Source: Squalus acanthias
Lineage: Eukaryota
NCBI GenBank assembly: GCA_030390025.1
Contig: CM059432.1
Location: forward strand, 123,568,001 to 123,632,000
Reading direction: 5' to 3'
DNA length: 64,000 nt
The position numbers were made by a program, and so were the translations under genes. Of the stretch, positions 26,486 to 39,624 are shown one piece after another. Below the pieces are notes generated by a model. The model saw nothing but the letters and a program-made list of their open reading frames with translations. It searched no databases and was not told the origin of the DNA. The stretch's first letter is position 1; the number at the start of each line of letters is the position of its first letter.

Positions 26486-26603
26486 AGAAAGAAAGAAAGA
26501 CTTGCATTTAGATAATGACCTTCACGACCACCAGACGTCCCAAAGCGCTTTACAGCCAATGAAGTACTTTTTGAAGTGTAGTCACTGTTATAATGTAGGA
26601 AAT
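26486..26603 (-). mobile_element. Deu-type SINE 3' tail fragment (a second one lies at 26965-27050)
   Basis: AAAGACTTGCATTT..CCCAAAGCGCTTTACAGCCAATGAAGTAC. Confidence 0.75.
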
Positions 26604-27202
26604 GTAAGAAGAATGGAGTAAGGGGCCATCATTATAGTCTAAAGAAAGAATGGAAAGAGGCCTCACTGGATATGGAGGAAGAGTGGAGGGGGCCTTTACT
26701 GCAATGTGGGGAGTTTTCACTCAAGTACAAAATTGACAAGCCATGAGCAAGATTAGAGTCTAGAAATAAAAAACAATGCACAAGATAGTTGATATGTGGA
26801 ACACACACCCAGAGTATGTAGTTGACTCAGGGTTAATTGCCACCTTTAAAAAAGACCTGAATCAATATCTGTTGAGAAGTGAGATTAAGATTTAACAACA
26901 CTGTTTAATTTTATTGTTATGGGAGGTCCCAGGTGGAATTTAGTATGCCTTAAAGTAGGAAAGACAGAAAGAAAGACTTGCATTTCTACAGCGCCTTTCA
27001 CGACCACCGGACGTCCCAAAGTGCTTTACAGCCAATGAAGTACTTTTGAGGAGTTCAACAGGTGAGAGGGAGATATCCATGGCAGAATATTCGTGCATGG
27101 ACTCTGGATGCATTGGATTTTCTTATGGATTGGGAAAGGCCTCAACTCTAGTGTAGCAGAAGAATGGAAATGAAGGTTTTCATTCTAGTGCAGAGGATGA
27201 AT

Positions 27203-27432
27203 TTTTTTTTATTCGTTCATGGGATGTGGGCATCGCTGGCAAGGCCAGCATTTATTGCCCATCCCTAATTGCCCTTGCGAAGGTGGCGGTGAGCCGCCTT
27301 CTTGAACCGCTACAGTCCGTGTGGTGAAGTTACTCCCATAGTGCTGTTAGGGAGGGAGTTCCAGGATTTTGTACCCAGCGACGATGAAGGAACGGCGATA
27401 TACTTCCAAGTCAGGATGGTGTGTGACTGGAA
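27203..27432 (-). mobile_element. 3' end of the same LINE family as 8308-9063
   Basis: Near identical to 8310-8535. Confidence 0.85.
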
Positions 27433-28689
27433 GAAGAGGGCTTCACTGCCACGTAGAGGAAGAATGTTTATGAATGAGCACTTACACTCGCATGTAGAAG
27501 TAGAATGGAAGGTAGGCCTTCACTCCAGTGCAACGGAAGATTGGAAGGGGAGGTCGTCACTATCATGTAGAGGAAGAACGGAAGATATGCCTTCACTCTA
27601 GTGCAGAGGAAGAATACAAATGAGGACCTCGCTCTAGTGTAGAGGAAAAATGAAGGTGGAACAATTATGGACCTTCACTAGAATAGAATATTCTAAACCG
27701 TGGTCTATAAATTAAGGTATCAGGTTCCAAATGGAATAGTTTTAAAAAAAAAGTTTGTTGGAGCAGACAATCAGTTGTGCATTAATCCAACCATTTCATC
27801 AGGTCACCATTTCTATGAACTGAGCAAACCTGATAATGATGTGCTGACATTTACTAAATGGCAGTTGCCATTTTTTAAATGGTCTCTGGTTGCATTCATT
27901 TTTGTAATACTACTGCACAATATTCAGCAATGGAAATTTTCAAGAATGTAGCATTTTATCACGTGTTGTGTAACATAAGCCACTTGTAACCGGAAAGCTG
28001 AAAGGACCTCGGAGTTCCAATTAGTGCAGTTCCCAGAATTTGAGTTGATTGACTACCAAAAATTAAGTGCATTTTTTTTCTAATTAAGTCCCTTGGTATT
28101 GGTGAAAACATTGTGACCTTGTTAGTAATTCCCACCTGGTAGTTTAAAAAAAATCAGAAACCAGATAGCAAATGTCCGTCTTTTGATTCTGCCTGTTCAA
28201 GACGCTATGAGCGGGCGTGGTTTCCAGTGGTGCTCCCGATCAGCCCCCGTAACTTCAGCGAAAGATCATCGAAATCTCGTTAAATGCATGTATCCAGCAT
28301 TTCCTCCTAAGCTACAGCGGCTGATCCGGAGAACCCTCAAGGAAATATGCGGCATGTGATTCTATGATTCAATGTTGGGTATGCAATGCTGCAGCATACT
28401 GCACACTCATTCGTGAGCTAAAGCCTTGCCGTTTTTCCCAGTTTGTGTGGGTGGCAAATTTGAGGTAAGGTTTTGACATTTTAGTTAAACACGTTCCCAA
28501 ATGATTCTGCCTATAGGACAGCAAATGAGCTGGTGATAGCTACAACTGCAAGGATAATTTATCGACTATGGAAAAAAACATAATTCAAGAATTGTGCCAG
28601 TGATGGTCTAATGGGTAAACACTTAACTATCAGTTCGTGGTAGGAATGATAAAAAAGTCTTTTTAATTTAAGTATTAAAAAAGCAATAA

Positions 28690-28790
28690 AATGACAAAAG
28701 GTCATCGACCTGAAACGTTAACTCTGTTTCTCTCTCCACAGATGCTGCCTGACCTGCTGAGTATTTCCAGCATTTTCTGTTTTTATTCAC
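28690..28790 (+). mobile_element. Penelope-like terminal fragment with a broken hammerhead core
   Basis: AAGGTCATCGACCTGAAACGTTAAC..CACAGATGCTGCCTGACCTGCTGAG; reverse complement of 40280-40370; the CUGANGA core is lost. Confidence 0.65.
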
Positions 28791-28959
28791 AATAAAATGC
28801 TCAGTTGTGCTGTGTTTTTTTCCCCCCTCTTTCCTCCTCTTCTGGCTCATCCTAGGGGAAATTTCTATGGGCCCGAATAGCTCTCCAGCACCATGCTCCT
28901 GTGACCATCTTTCATTATGAACCTGGGCAACAAGTTTCAACATGTTATTCGAGGCCACA

Positions 28960-29220
28960 GGGGTCTATCATGTGGGGAGGCAATCCAGTCCTCACTGAAC
29001 ATCTACATATTCCTACGGGAGTCACTGAAAAGAGATGGACAGCTGCAACTGCATCCAATTTTCCATTCCGTCATCTGGGGTTAATTGGGGGCGATTAACC
29101 CGTTTCATCACTGCCCTAACTGAGATCAGCATTCTCAGCACAGACCAGGGACGAAACGTGGCATCTTACTGGTCTGAACGATTCAGTATCACACCGATCC
29201 ATCAGGGTAGCATTATCTTC
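28960..29220 (-). mobile_element. Degenerate copy of a further tRNA-like SINE family (related copies ~34390-34700, ~49680-49960)
   Basis: Shared motifs such as CTGAGATCAGC..CAGCACAGACCAGGGA; similarity judged by eye. Confidence 0.4.
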
Positions 29221-31038
29221 TGTTCCAAAGGAAATCAATTATTTTCTGCTCTACTCCCAACCCTCATTCATACCTTTATCATCTCCAGACTCCATTTCTG
29301 CAATGTGTACTGTTCCATGCCCATGGCTAGCATTTCAAGAGCAGTTGTGAGAAGGAGCTTACAAACATGATGACCTAAAAATTGGACCACGCCCGAACTG
29401 GGGCCTACACGGGCCTATTGAGGCCGGCGGCGGGACCACGAAAATTCATCCCCCGGCATCATTGATATTACTGGCAAGCTGCGGACTCTAGTCCAGAGGC
29501 ACCTTGCCGGTTGTGGGGAGACAGCAACATCAGCCAGCTCAGACACCAGCCGATGTCCTCAGGAGAGTAAAACAACTTCAAACTTACGTTTCGGGTGACA
29601 GCCTCCAGTGGTCCCTTTAAGGACCACTGGTTTGGAAACATAGGAACATAGCTGCAAAGCACCTGAAGAAACTCTCCACAGCGTGCACGGCATGTGCTAT
29701 GGTCATTCGGAATCCAATTTTGCAAAGGGTGCCTGAAACAGCTGTTAGGCCCCCAATTTGCATGTGCAAAAGTCCTAAGCTGTAAAATGGATGCAGCGCG
29801 ATCCAATTTCCTGGCCGTGTAATAGATTTACATCTCTGCGCATGCAGTGTCGGCCATTGCAATGGAACTCACTAGTCGAGGCCGCTGACACATTTGTAAT
29901 CTGCCATGGATTGTCTTGACCTCGACAGCAGCGGTGCATGCCAATCTCCCCAAGGTGCTACAAGGACCTGGCAAGCATGCATATCCTGACCTTACTGCAC
30001 AATCTGTTTAACTCATCAGCAAAAGTATACGCCAACCTGTGCTTCTAAAAGAATGATATCAAGATGATCTCAAACTGTTATGACTGAGCGGTGGCCTGCC
30101 AATTGATATGAAAGAAAGAATACACCTACTATCTGCTTTCAGCTTGTCCCAGTCGATGTGCAGTATCGGTAATGGATAACTGTGACCTTTCTAAATGTCA
30201 CACCACGCCGGGTTTTAACCAGTTTACTGTTGATTTGCTAGAAATGTTTTCGATATGGTGAATTTTAAGTCCTTCTAGCCCTCTACTCATACAAAATAAG
30301 AGCTCCATTATATTCTGCTGTAGTCCGGAGGTACAGTGAGCATTAATGGGTCAAGTGGCACCTCTGACCCAGTGGGGTGGATAATGCTGCAACAGATGCC
30401 CAATACGTTTCTCTCCACAAAATCAGGGCTGATGTGTGAAGCCTGCAGTCTGCACCCATTTGGAATGGGCGCTGAGGAAGAGGTTGCTAATCTCTTTACA
30501 AAATTCAGACACCCTTGTCCATTACCCCCCTGACACCCCAACCCCAACCCCCTTGCCAAGTACCCAACGTACACTTGCCAACCACCCCCCCCCCTGCCGC
30601 CCCCCCGCTTCCACCTTGCGCCCAGTATCCCTTCCCCTGGGGTAACAGTAAATTATACAAAAGGCCTGATGTCGCACTACCTGTCAAGGTTAGTTCACTT
30701 GTGCACATGCACACATAGCACTGCACAGTACCTTTATTGGTGGAATAGCACTTCGGTCCATATTATCTGTCCTTAGAAACATTGGAACAGGAGTAGGCTA
30801 TTCAGCCCCTTGAGCCTGTTCCAGCATTTGATTAGATCATGGCTGATCTGTACCTCCTTGTCACAAAATAACGCAAATGGTAAAAATATGGCAATTGTAT
30901 GCTTAACAAATTTACGGAGAATATCACTCTTTTGAATTAATATTTTGACAGACTCTACCACAAGCTAAGAACCACTAAAAATGCATAGCACATCAGTATC
31001 ACTGATGCTCTCTACCTTGCAGGCTGACCAATATTCCA

Positions 31039-33940
31039 TTGACACTGAAGGCTTTGTGTCTTAATGCAAGGAGCATTCGGAACAAGGTGGATGAATTAGC
31101 TGCGCAAATAGAGGTAAATGAATACGATTTGATTGGGATTACAGAAACATGGCTCCAGGGTGGCCAAGGCTGGGAACTCAACATCCAGGGTTATTCAATA
31201 TTTAGGAAAGATAGGCAAAAAAGAAAGGGAGGTGGGGTAGCATTGCTGGTTAAAGAGGGGATTAACACAATTGAAAGGAAGGATATTAGCTCTGATGATG
31301 CAGAATCTGTATGGGTAGAACTGAGAAATAACAAGGTGCAGAAAACGTTAGTGGGAGTGGTATACAGACCTCCAAACAGTAATACAGAGGTTGGGGATGG
31401 CATTAAAAGGGAAATTAGAGAAGCATGCAGTAAGGGCACAGCAGTCATCATGGGTGACTTTAATTTACATATAGATTGGGCTAACCAAATTAGTAAAAAT
31501 ACTGTGGAGGAGGAATTCCTAGAATGTTTACGGGATGGTTTTCTGGAACAATATGTCGAGGAACCAACCAGAGATCAGGCCATCTTAGACTGGGTATTAT
31601 GTAACGAGAAAGGATTAATTAGCAATCTTGTTGTACGAGGCCCTTTGGGTCAGAGTGATCATAATATGATAGAATTCTTCATTAGGATGGAGAGTGAAGT
31701 AGTTGAATCAGAGACTAGGGTCCTGAATTTAAATAAAGGAAACAACGATGGTATGAGGCGCGAATTGGGTAGGATTGATTGGGGAATGTCACTCAAAGGG
31801 TTGACGGTGGATAGGCAATGGCAAACATTCAAAGACTGCATGGATGAACTACAGAATTTGTTCATCCCAGTGTGGCATAAGAGTAAAACAAAGGGTGACT
31901 CAACCATGGCTAACAAGGGAAATTAGGGATAGCATAAGATCCAAGGAGAGGGCATATAAATTGGCCAGAAAAAGCGGTAACCCTGAGGATTGGGAGCAGT
32001 TTAGGATTCAACAAAGGAGGACAAAGGGATTAATTAAGAAGGGGAAAATAGAATATGAAAGTAAGCTTGCAGGGAACATAAAAACTGACTGTAAGAGCTT
32101 TTATAGATATGTGAAGAGAAAAAGATTAGTGAAATCAAGTGTAGGTCCCTTGCAGTCAGAAGCGGGGGGAGTTATAATGGGGAACAAAGAAATGGCAGAC
32201 CAATTAAATGCATACTTTGGTTCTGTCTTCACAAAGGAGGACACAAATAACCTCCCAGAGATGTTGGAGTACATACGGTCTGATGAAAGGGAGGAACTGA
32301 AAGAAATCAGTATTTGCAGGGAAATGGTGTTAGGGAAATTGACGGGATTGAAGGCCGATAAATCCCCAGAGCCTGATAATCTACATCCTGGGGTACTTAA
32401 GGAAGTGGCCCTAGAAATAGTAGATGCATTGCTGATCATCTTCCAACATTCGATGGAATCTGGAACTGTACCCATGGATTGGAGGGTAGCTAATGTTACC
32501 CCACTATTCAAAAAGGGTGGTAGAGAGAAAGGGGGGAATTACAGACCGGTAAGCCTGACATCGGTAGTGGGGAAAATGCTAGAGTCCATTATAAAGGATG
32601 TAATAGCAGAGCACTTGAAAAACAGTGACAGGATCGGACAAAGTCAACATGGATTTACAAAAGGTAAATCGTGCTTGACTAATCTACTGGAATTTTTTGA
32701 AGATGTAACTGGGAAAATAGATAAGGGAGAAGCAGTAGATGTGGTGTATTTGGACTTTCAAAAGGCTTTCGATAAGGTCCCGCATAAGAGATTAGCGTGT
32801 AAAGTTAAGGCACATGGGATTGGGGGCAAGGTATTGACTTGGATAGAGAACTGGTTGGTGGACAGAAAGCAGAGAGTAGGAATTAATGGGTCTTTTTCCG
32901 AGTGGCAAGCAGTGACTAGTGGGATACCGCAGGGATCAGTCCTTGGACCCCAGCTATTCACAATATACATTAATGATCTAGATAAGGGAACTAAATGTAA
33001 TATCTCCAAGTTTGCAGATGACACAAAGCTGGGTGGGAGTGTGTGCTGCGAGGAGGATACCGAGAAACTCCAGGATGATTTGGACAGGTTGGGTGAGTGG
33101 GAAGAAGTGTGGCAGATGCAATATAATGTGGATAAATGCGAGGTTATCCACTTTGGTGTCAAAAACAGAAAGACAGACTATTATCTGAATGGTAATAGAT
33201 TGGGAGAAGGGAAAGTGCAACGAGACCTGGGTGTCCTTGCGCACCAGTCGCTGAAGGTAAGCATGCAGGTGCAGCAGGCGGTGAAGAAGGCAAATGGTAT
33301 GTTGGCCTTTGTAGCGAAAGGGTTTGAGTATAGGAACAGAGATGTCCTGCTGCAGTTATACAGGGCCTTGGTGCGACCACACCTTGAGTACTGTGTGCAG
33401 TTTTGGTCGCCTTATCTGAGGAAGGATGTTCTTGCCATGGAAGGAGTTCAGCGAAGATTCACAAGGCTGATACCTGGGATGGCAGGAATGACATATGAGG
33501 AGAGATTGGGTCGATTGGGCTTATACTCGCTGGAGTATAGAAGAATGAGAGGGGATCTCATCGAAACATATACAATTCTGACGGGTCTGGACAAACTAGA
33601 TGCAGGAAGAATGTTCCTGATGGTCGGAGAGTCCAGAACATGGGGTCATAATCTAAGGATAAGGGGTAAGCCATTTAGGACAGAAATGAAGAAGAATTTC
33701 TTCACCCAGAGAGTGGTGAACCTGTGGAATTCTTTACCACAGAAGGTAGTTGAGGCCAAGTCATTAAATATATTCAAGAATGAGTTAGATATATTTCTTA
33801 AAGCTGAAGGTATCAAGAGATATGGGAGAAGGCAGGTACAGGGTACTGAGTTTGGATGATCAGCCATGATCTCATCGAGTGGCGGAGCAGGCTCGAGGGG
33901 CCGAATGGCCTACTCCTGCTCCTATCTTCTATGTTTCTAT
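31039..33940 (+). mobile_element. CR1 LINE, 5'-truncated at the start of ORF2, nearly complete EN-RT
   Basis: EN ORF 31039..31926 and RT ORF 31844..33859 overlap through a frameshift near 31890; FADD motif; 1-nt deletion near 33823 changes the C-terminus relative to the copy at 58620; (atgtttct) tail. Confidence 0.95.
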
Positions 33941-34206
33941 GACACTCATTCCAGGGGAAGTGAGTCTGAATAAAATAGTCAGGACTTTGATTTTAGCTTG
34001 GGCCATCTGAATGGGAGCCCAGGCTTCTGCCAGTGGAGCTGCTGGTCAGAGGGCCTCCACGCGCCTGGTAGTGTTTTTGAACTGCAAACTTTGACAAGTC
34101 CTGTAAAAGTGACAACAATGGGGAGGGAAGGAAGGGAGGCAGATACCAAATTATATCCAAATTAGCAATGCAAATCTGTAGTCTTGACATGGAGGCATGG
34201 AAGGGG

Positions 34207-34357
34207 AGGGGAGGGGAGGCTAGATATCAGCATATAGCCCCTTAACAACATTGTAGTTAAACAGTCTAGGCATAATGGAGGTTCTATTGCAATAAACCCT
34301 TATTTCAAACCGTCTATTAGATGCTGATATATGCTGATATCTAGCCTCCCCTCCCCT
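34207..34357. repeat. Perfect 29-bp inverted repeat with a 93-bp spacer
   Basis: AGGGGAGGGGAGGCTAGATATCAGCATAT (34207-34235) and its reverse complement (34329-34357). Confidence 0.85.
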
Positions 34358-34699
34358 TCCTTGGCCCCCATGGAGGAGATTTAGGCCTGTGTCATTTTTT
34401 TTTCCTCAGCAATTTTCTCCCCTCATGAAGATATTGATTCCATGGAAGAATATGGCACCAGCTGCAATCCAGTACCCCACTCAAGAAGCAATTATCGATA
34501 TAGGAGCCTTGACAGCGAGTGTCAGCAGGTTGTTCGACTACGGAGCATCACAGCCGAGCTGATCCTGTCTTTACCCAATGCCCGCACATGTGCTTTTTCT
34601 AGCAGAGACCAGTCAAGAGAAGGAACCCTGGTCAGTTTCCTCTTCCCTAACCCAGAACCTGGCTGAGCTCAGATATTGCAGCACAAACCAGGGAATTAA

Positions 34700-35035
34700 A
34701 CTAACAACAATTTGCATTGATATAGTGCCTTTAACATAGAAAAGTGTCCCAGGGCACTTCACAGAGGTGCAAGGAACAAAACAGACACAAAGCCAAAGAG
34801 GGAGATATTAGAAGGAGTGACCAAAAGCTTGGTCAAAGGTGTGGGTTTTAAGAAGAGTCTTAAAGACCGAGAGGGAGATGGAGGAATTTAGGGAGGGAGT
34901 TCCAGAGCACAAAGCCCAGGCAGCTAAAGGCAAAACTGCTAATGGTTGGGTACAGTGTGAGAGGTCAGAGTCAGAGGAATGGAGAGTTTGGGAGGGGGTT
35001 TGTTGAGCTGGAGGAGGTTACAGAGACAGGGATGA
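34700..35035 (-). mobile_element. L2 3' fragment
   Basis: Reverse-complement similarity to 5930-6288 (GTGACCAAAAGCTTGGTCAAAG). Confidence 0.75.
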
Positions 35036-35812
35036 GGAAGACATTGTTGCGCCATTCAGAAAGCAACTTCCAGGCCTGATATGTTCAAAGGGTTTGAAAG
35101 AGCTTCCACCTGTCAAACTGGGGGAATCGCAGAAAGACCAACAGGGAGAGGTGGTCGGGATCAGGCCAGGCTGTAGATAAGGACTCGGTGAGCAGGCCAG
35201 ACAAAGAAGAGCAAAAAGGTTAGTAAGGTACAAAGTTTTTCTGTGGGGAGAGGAGGGTTTATATTTTTACTGGATAGCAGGGTTTGGTTTCATTGCTTAT
35301 GAAGGCTTCAAGTTTTAGCAATGGGAGGGGTTGGATTTGTGGCCTTGGATTTTTACCATGGAGGCGAGGACTTTTAGCTTGATGTGGGGTTTCAGTCATA
35401 CGCAGTTCACTCAATGCTTGAGTCTTGTGAATCTACTCCCTACTCCAAAGGTTGGGCACACCTACTCTAATACCTCTCATAAACTGCCACTAGTAGTTGT
35501 ATTTCTTGATATTCATTCCACAACAGGTGCTTTTACAATTCCTATTTCCTCCATTTTCTATCTAGGGAGAGCAACCACTGTGTATCACTTCCCCCTCCCC
35601 TGCCTACTCCTTTACGTTTTACCCCGGTGCCAGTTGCACTGGGCTCTGCTGTGCAATGTAGAGACACAGCGTTGGAACAGGCTCCCTTCACTTAGGTTAC
35701 TGAACCTGGCTATCTTAGTCCATTGGCAAATTTGCAGATCCACAATAATATTGATTTTAGCACATATAATTTATACTGTGGAGTGCAGCAGATGAAGGGG
35801 GATTGTCTGCTT

Positions 35813-36110
35813 TCATAGAATTACATAGAAATTACAGCACAGAAATAGGCCATCCAGCTCAACCAGGCTGTGCTGCTGTTTATCCTCCAGACCAGCAGTA
35901 GTCCTAATCGACATGTAGGCACCCTTGTTTCGCTATCTTTTTATTCTCCCTTTCCTTCAACTACTTACCTAACCTACTCTTGCCATGAACACTGCTTCAA
36001 TCACTAGTTCGTTCCACAGCCTCCGTGTAAAAAAAAAAGTTTCTGCTGCTCTTTGTCCTAAATCTCTTGCATTTGATTTAGTATCTATGTCTCCTCGATC
36101 TAGATGCCTC
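35813..36110 (-). mobile_element. Degenerate CR1 3' fragment
   Basis: CATAGAATTACATAGAAATTACAGCACAG tail; FFFTRRLWN-like remnant. Confidence 0.55.
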
Positions 36111-36124
36111 AGCCACTGAAAAGT

Positions 36125-36432
36125 CTGCTTTAGAGGTGTAACAGGTTTTAAGCAGGTGTAGGGGCAGGAAAAGGGGGAGGGGAGGAAAGAACAAAAGGGA
36201 AGATCTGTGATAGGGTGGAAAGCAGGAGAGATTAAGAGACAAAAGGGATGATGGCGCAAGGCAAAAGGAGATGGTAATTGGACAAGTAAAGACACAAAAG
36301 ATGGGTCTAGAGGAGGTGTAAATGGGAATCGCAGAACCATTACCAGCACTTGCTGTCTGAAAAAATGGGAGCAGTGGTTATGATCTGAAATTGTTGAACT
36401 CAGTGTTGAGTCTGGAAGGATGTAAAGTGCTC
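36125..36432 (-). mobile_element. Penelope-like element 3' region
   Basis: Similar to 40385-40760 and to 43885-43940, which abuts the GIY-YIG remnant. Confidence 0.65.
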
Positions 36433-36534
36433 AAGATCGGCAGCAACAGTGTAAAGAGGATGAGGAACACAATGGGGCAGATTTTCATTTTGTTTCTATC
36501 AGCCAGGCATCATGTATCACCCATGTGTATCACA

Positions 36535-37440
36535 AAGACAGGTAGGAAAGTAAATTGTGAAGAGGACATAAGGAGGCTACAAAGGGATATAGATAGGTTC
36601 AGTGAGTGGGCAAAGATCTGGCAAATGCAGTATAATATGGGGAAATGTGAAGTTGTCCATTTTGGCAGGAAGAATAAAAAAGAAGCATATTATCTAAATG
36701 GTGAGAGATTGCAGAGCTCTGAGATGCAGAGGGATCTGGGTGTCCTAGTGCATGAATCTTAAAAGGTTAGTATGCAGGTACAGCAAGTAATTAGGAAAGC
36801 TAATAGAATGTTATTGTTTATTGTGAGGGGAATTGAATACAAAAGTAGGGAGGTTATGCTTCAGTTATACAGGGCATTGGTGAGACCACATCTGGAGTAC
36901 TGTGTACAGTATTGGTCTCCTTATTTAAGGAAGGATGTAAATGTGTTGGAAACAGTTCAGAGAAGGTTTACCAGACTAATACCTAGAATGGGCGGGTTGT
37001 CTTATGAGGAAAGGTTGGACAGGCTAGGTTTGTATCCGCTGGAGTTTAGAAGAATAAGAGGTGACTTGATTGAAACATATAAGATCCTGAGGGGTCTGGA
37101 CAGGGTGGATGTGGAGAGGATGTTTCCTCTTGTGGGAGAAATCTAGAACTAGGGGTCACTGTTTAAAAATAAGGGGTCGCCCATTTAAGACAGAGATGAG
37201 GAGAAATTTTTTCTCAGAGGGTCGTGAGTTTTTGGAACTCTCTTCCTCAGAGGGCGGTGGAAGCAGAGTCTTTGAATATTTTTAAGGCAGAGGTAGATAG
37301 ATTCTTGATAAGCAAGGGGGTGAAAGGTTATCGGGGGTAGGCGGGAATGTGGAATAATCAGATCAGCCATGGTCTTATTGAATGGCGGAGCAGGCTCGAG
37401 GGGCCAAGTGGCCTACTCCTGCTCCTAATTCGTATGTTCG
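36535..37440 (+). mobile_element. CR1 LINE 3' fragment
   Basis: LQRDIDRFSEWAKIWQMQYN..RDLGVLV; YRALVRPHLEYCVQYWSP; internal stop at 36760. Confidence 0.92.
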
Positions 37441-37950
37441 TGTGGACCTCAGAGAGCAAATTCCTGCAGGGAGCTCCGTAGGCCGGCAACTGCACCCGAC
37501 CAAACTCCTGTGATATAAAATTATCTCAATATTGCTTCCGCCAAAGTATAATAATACCTGGGTAATTCCAGACCTAGAAGAGTCTTGCTTATTATCAGGG
37601 CAAGGTCTGGAATTATAATCGATCCGTTGTTTCTTTGAACAGCTCTGACAGTGACGCTCTTATTGCTTTAACGCTACCCACAATCTTACTACGCCAAAAT
37701 ACTTGAATAGAAATAAGCTGCACGAACGAACGGCCTCCAGAACAGCGAAGCGACTGCATATTAATCTCCATCCATTTTAAAAGTAGGTGCAGTTTGGAAA
37801 GAAATCCTACAGGAAAAATTAAATGGTAGCTGTAAATTTTGACAGCCAAGCAAACGTTGGACATACCGCAAAACCTTTATTAAATTCACAATTTAAAAAA
37901 ATGTTCTGGTTTGCAAAAAAAAATACAATGTTATGATGGGATGTCTCGAG

Positions 37951-38364
37951 CAGTGTTGTCCAATAGAAACTGCTGACTCATCACAGGTGTGGCAACGGCA
38001 ACACTGTTTGAGTCACGTGCAGTAATTTTAGTAGAAAACATTTCACACACGATACAAGGTAAATGTACTTCACGTTTGTATATTTACTTAACAAACATCT
38101 ACCACCGTTCAGTAACCAAGGAAGTAAAGCTTTCACACTGATCAAAAGCACTTGCACACTCTTTTTTTCTTTCCATTGTACCAACCAACGCATAAAGAGG
38201 TTAAAGTAACAATGCATGCACTGTGTGATTATGAGTTTTGACATTTATGTCGAATGAAAGTGTCTATATCTTATTTTTTATTTACTAACCAGAAATGCCA
38301 TTATCAACGTCTGGATTCCCAATTAGCTACATGTGGCTAGTAGCTAACACATTGGAAAACGCTG
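37951..38364. mobile_element. Old hAT-Charlie non-autonomous DNA transposon (MER3/MER33-like termini)
   Basis: TIR CAGTGTTGTCCAAT / ATTGGAAAACGCTG (12 of 14); degenerate 8-bp TSD GTCTCGAG / GTCTAGAT fits the NTCTAGAN Charlie target; subterminal TAGCTACATGTGGCTAG palindrome. Confidence 0.7.
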
Positions 38365-39480
38365 GTCTAGATTCAGCCTTGGTCACTACGAATAAATGCC
38401 TGCCATTAGACTGCAAGTACTGTATCGAGCTAGACAGTTAGTTCAATGTTTAAGTTAAAAAGGAAACCAATGTTGTTACTGAGATTTCAACCAGAGAGCA
38501 ACTGCTCATCCGCCACAGCTCTGGAAACATGGCCAGACTAACAAAATGGCAATGTACACAAGCAAAGGCAAAGTAAATCCCTCTGCAAAAGTGTTGTATT
38601 CCCACCACCCCCCGACAAAACCCCACCACCTCACCCCTATACAATGGCACATTCATCAAAATCCAAAACATATAAAATGGGACGGATTCTAGTGAACATG
38701 ACATAATCCAAACTGCTCCATTGCAAGGGACTTTTAAGTTGCATGTTTGATTTGGCATTGAGGCTTGCCATTTCCTATTCATTTCACTGGACTGTTAGCC
38801 AAGTTTTAAGTGCACTGTACCTGATCCACGTTGTACTGCACCTGGTGTGAGAGTATTTGACAGTGCTACTGGATGAAACATTTAACTCTCCATCATTTCC
38901 ATCTCTTAACACAATGAGCAAACACCTATTAATATAACTCTCTGAAGTGCTTATGTAATGCTCGGTTATAGACTCTTTTGTGGCTCCTGAAAACACTGGC
39001 GGTAACCTGGTGCTGTTTCCCTGAACTTTCACTTAGAGCTACTGAATGAATGCTGTACAAGTGGCTTCAGGCCTTGGATTAAATAAACAAATCACTCTTC
39101 AAACAGCAGGGAATTTAAGTGCTTTCGGCTTTTTTTTTGTTGGTTTTTTAAAAAATTGAAGCACTGAAAACTACACATTTAGCTCTTAATTTACAGAAGG
39201 ACACTCACTCAACATCACACTCCAGCTATTGGGCCTCACCGGATTAGCCCAGTGGAAGCAGAATACAAAAAAAATCTGAAAAAAGACATAAAAAAGATAA
39301 TCTGCCGGTCAAATACTTAGAGCACAGGAGATACCTGCTCATGCCTTTTCTCATTCTGCAATGTGTACATCAATCTCCCTTCTTCCCAACAAGACACACA
39401 TCTAATTGTTGCATTTGTTCCACAGTTGAAGCTGGAAGCTTTTCGATAATTAAGATTTCCCTGCGTTGATGAAGATGCTC

Positions 39481-39624
39481 GAAATGAGCAGAGGCAGCGA
39501 AAAGGCTAAGAACAAAAGGGAGAGGTCTCTGATAGGGTGGAGAGCAGGAGTGATGAAGTGACAAAAGTGATTATATTGCAAGGCAAAAGAGGTGATTATG
39601 GGACACTTATAGAAGCAAAAAAAA
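39481..39624. repeat. Local duplication of 40385-40528 flanked by GCTCGAA direct repeats
   Basis: One mismatch in the first 140 bp; GCTCGAA at 39477-39483 and 39628-39634. Confidence 0.9.

Larger units (their letters stand above)
25810..27680 (+). repeat. Degenerate purine-rich ~33-bp minisatellite interrupted by SINE and LINE fragments
   Basis: Recurrent units like CACTCTAGTGTAGAGGAAGAATGGAGGGGGCAT across 25810-26700 and 27130-27680. Confidence 0.8.

Noticed and set aside
25810..27680. CRISPR-like periodicity
   Set aside because: Eukaryotic context, degenerate units, no unique spacers and no cas genes.
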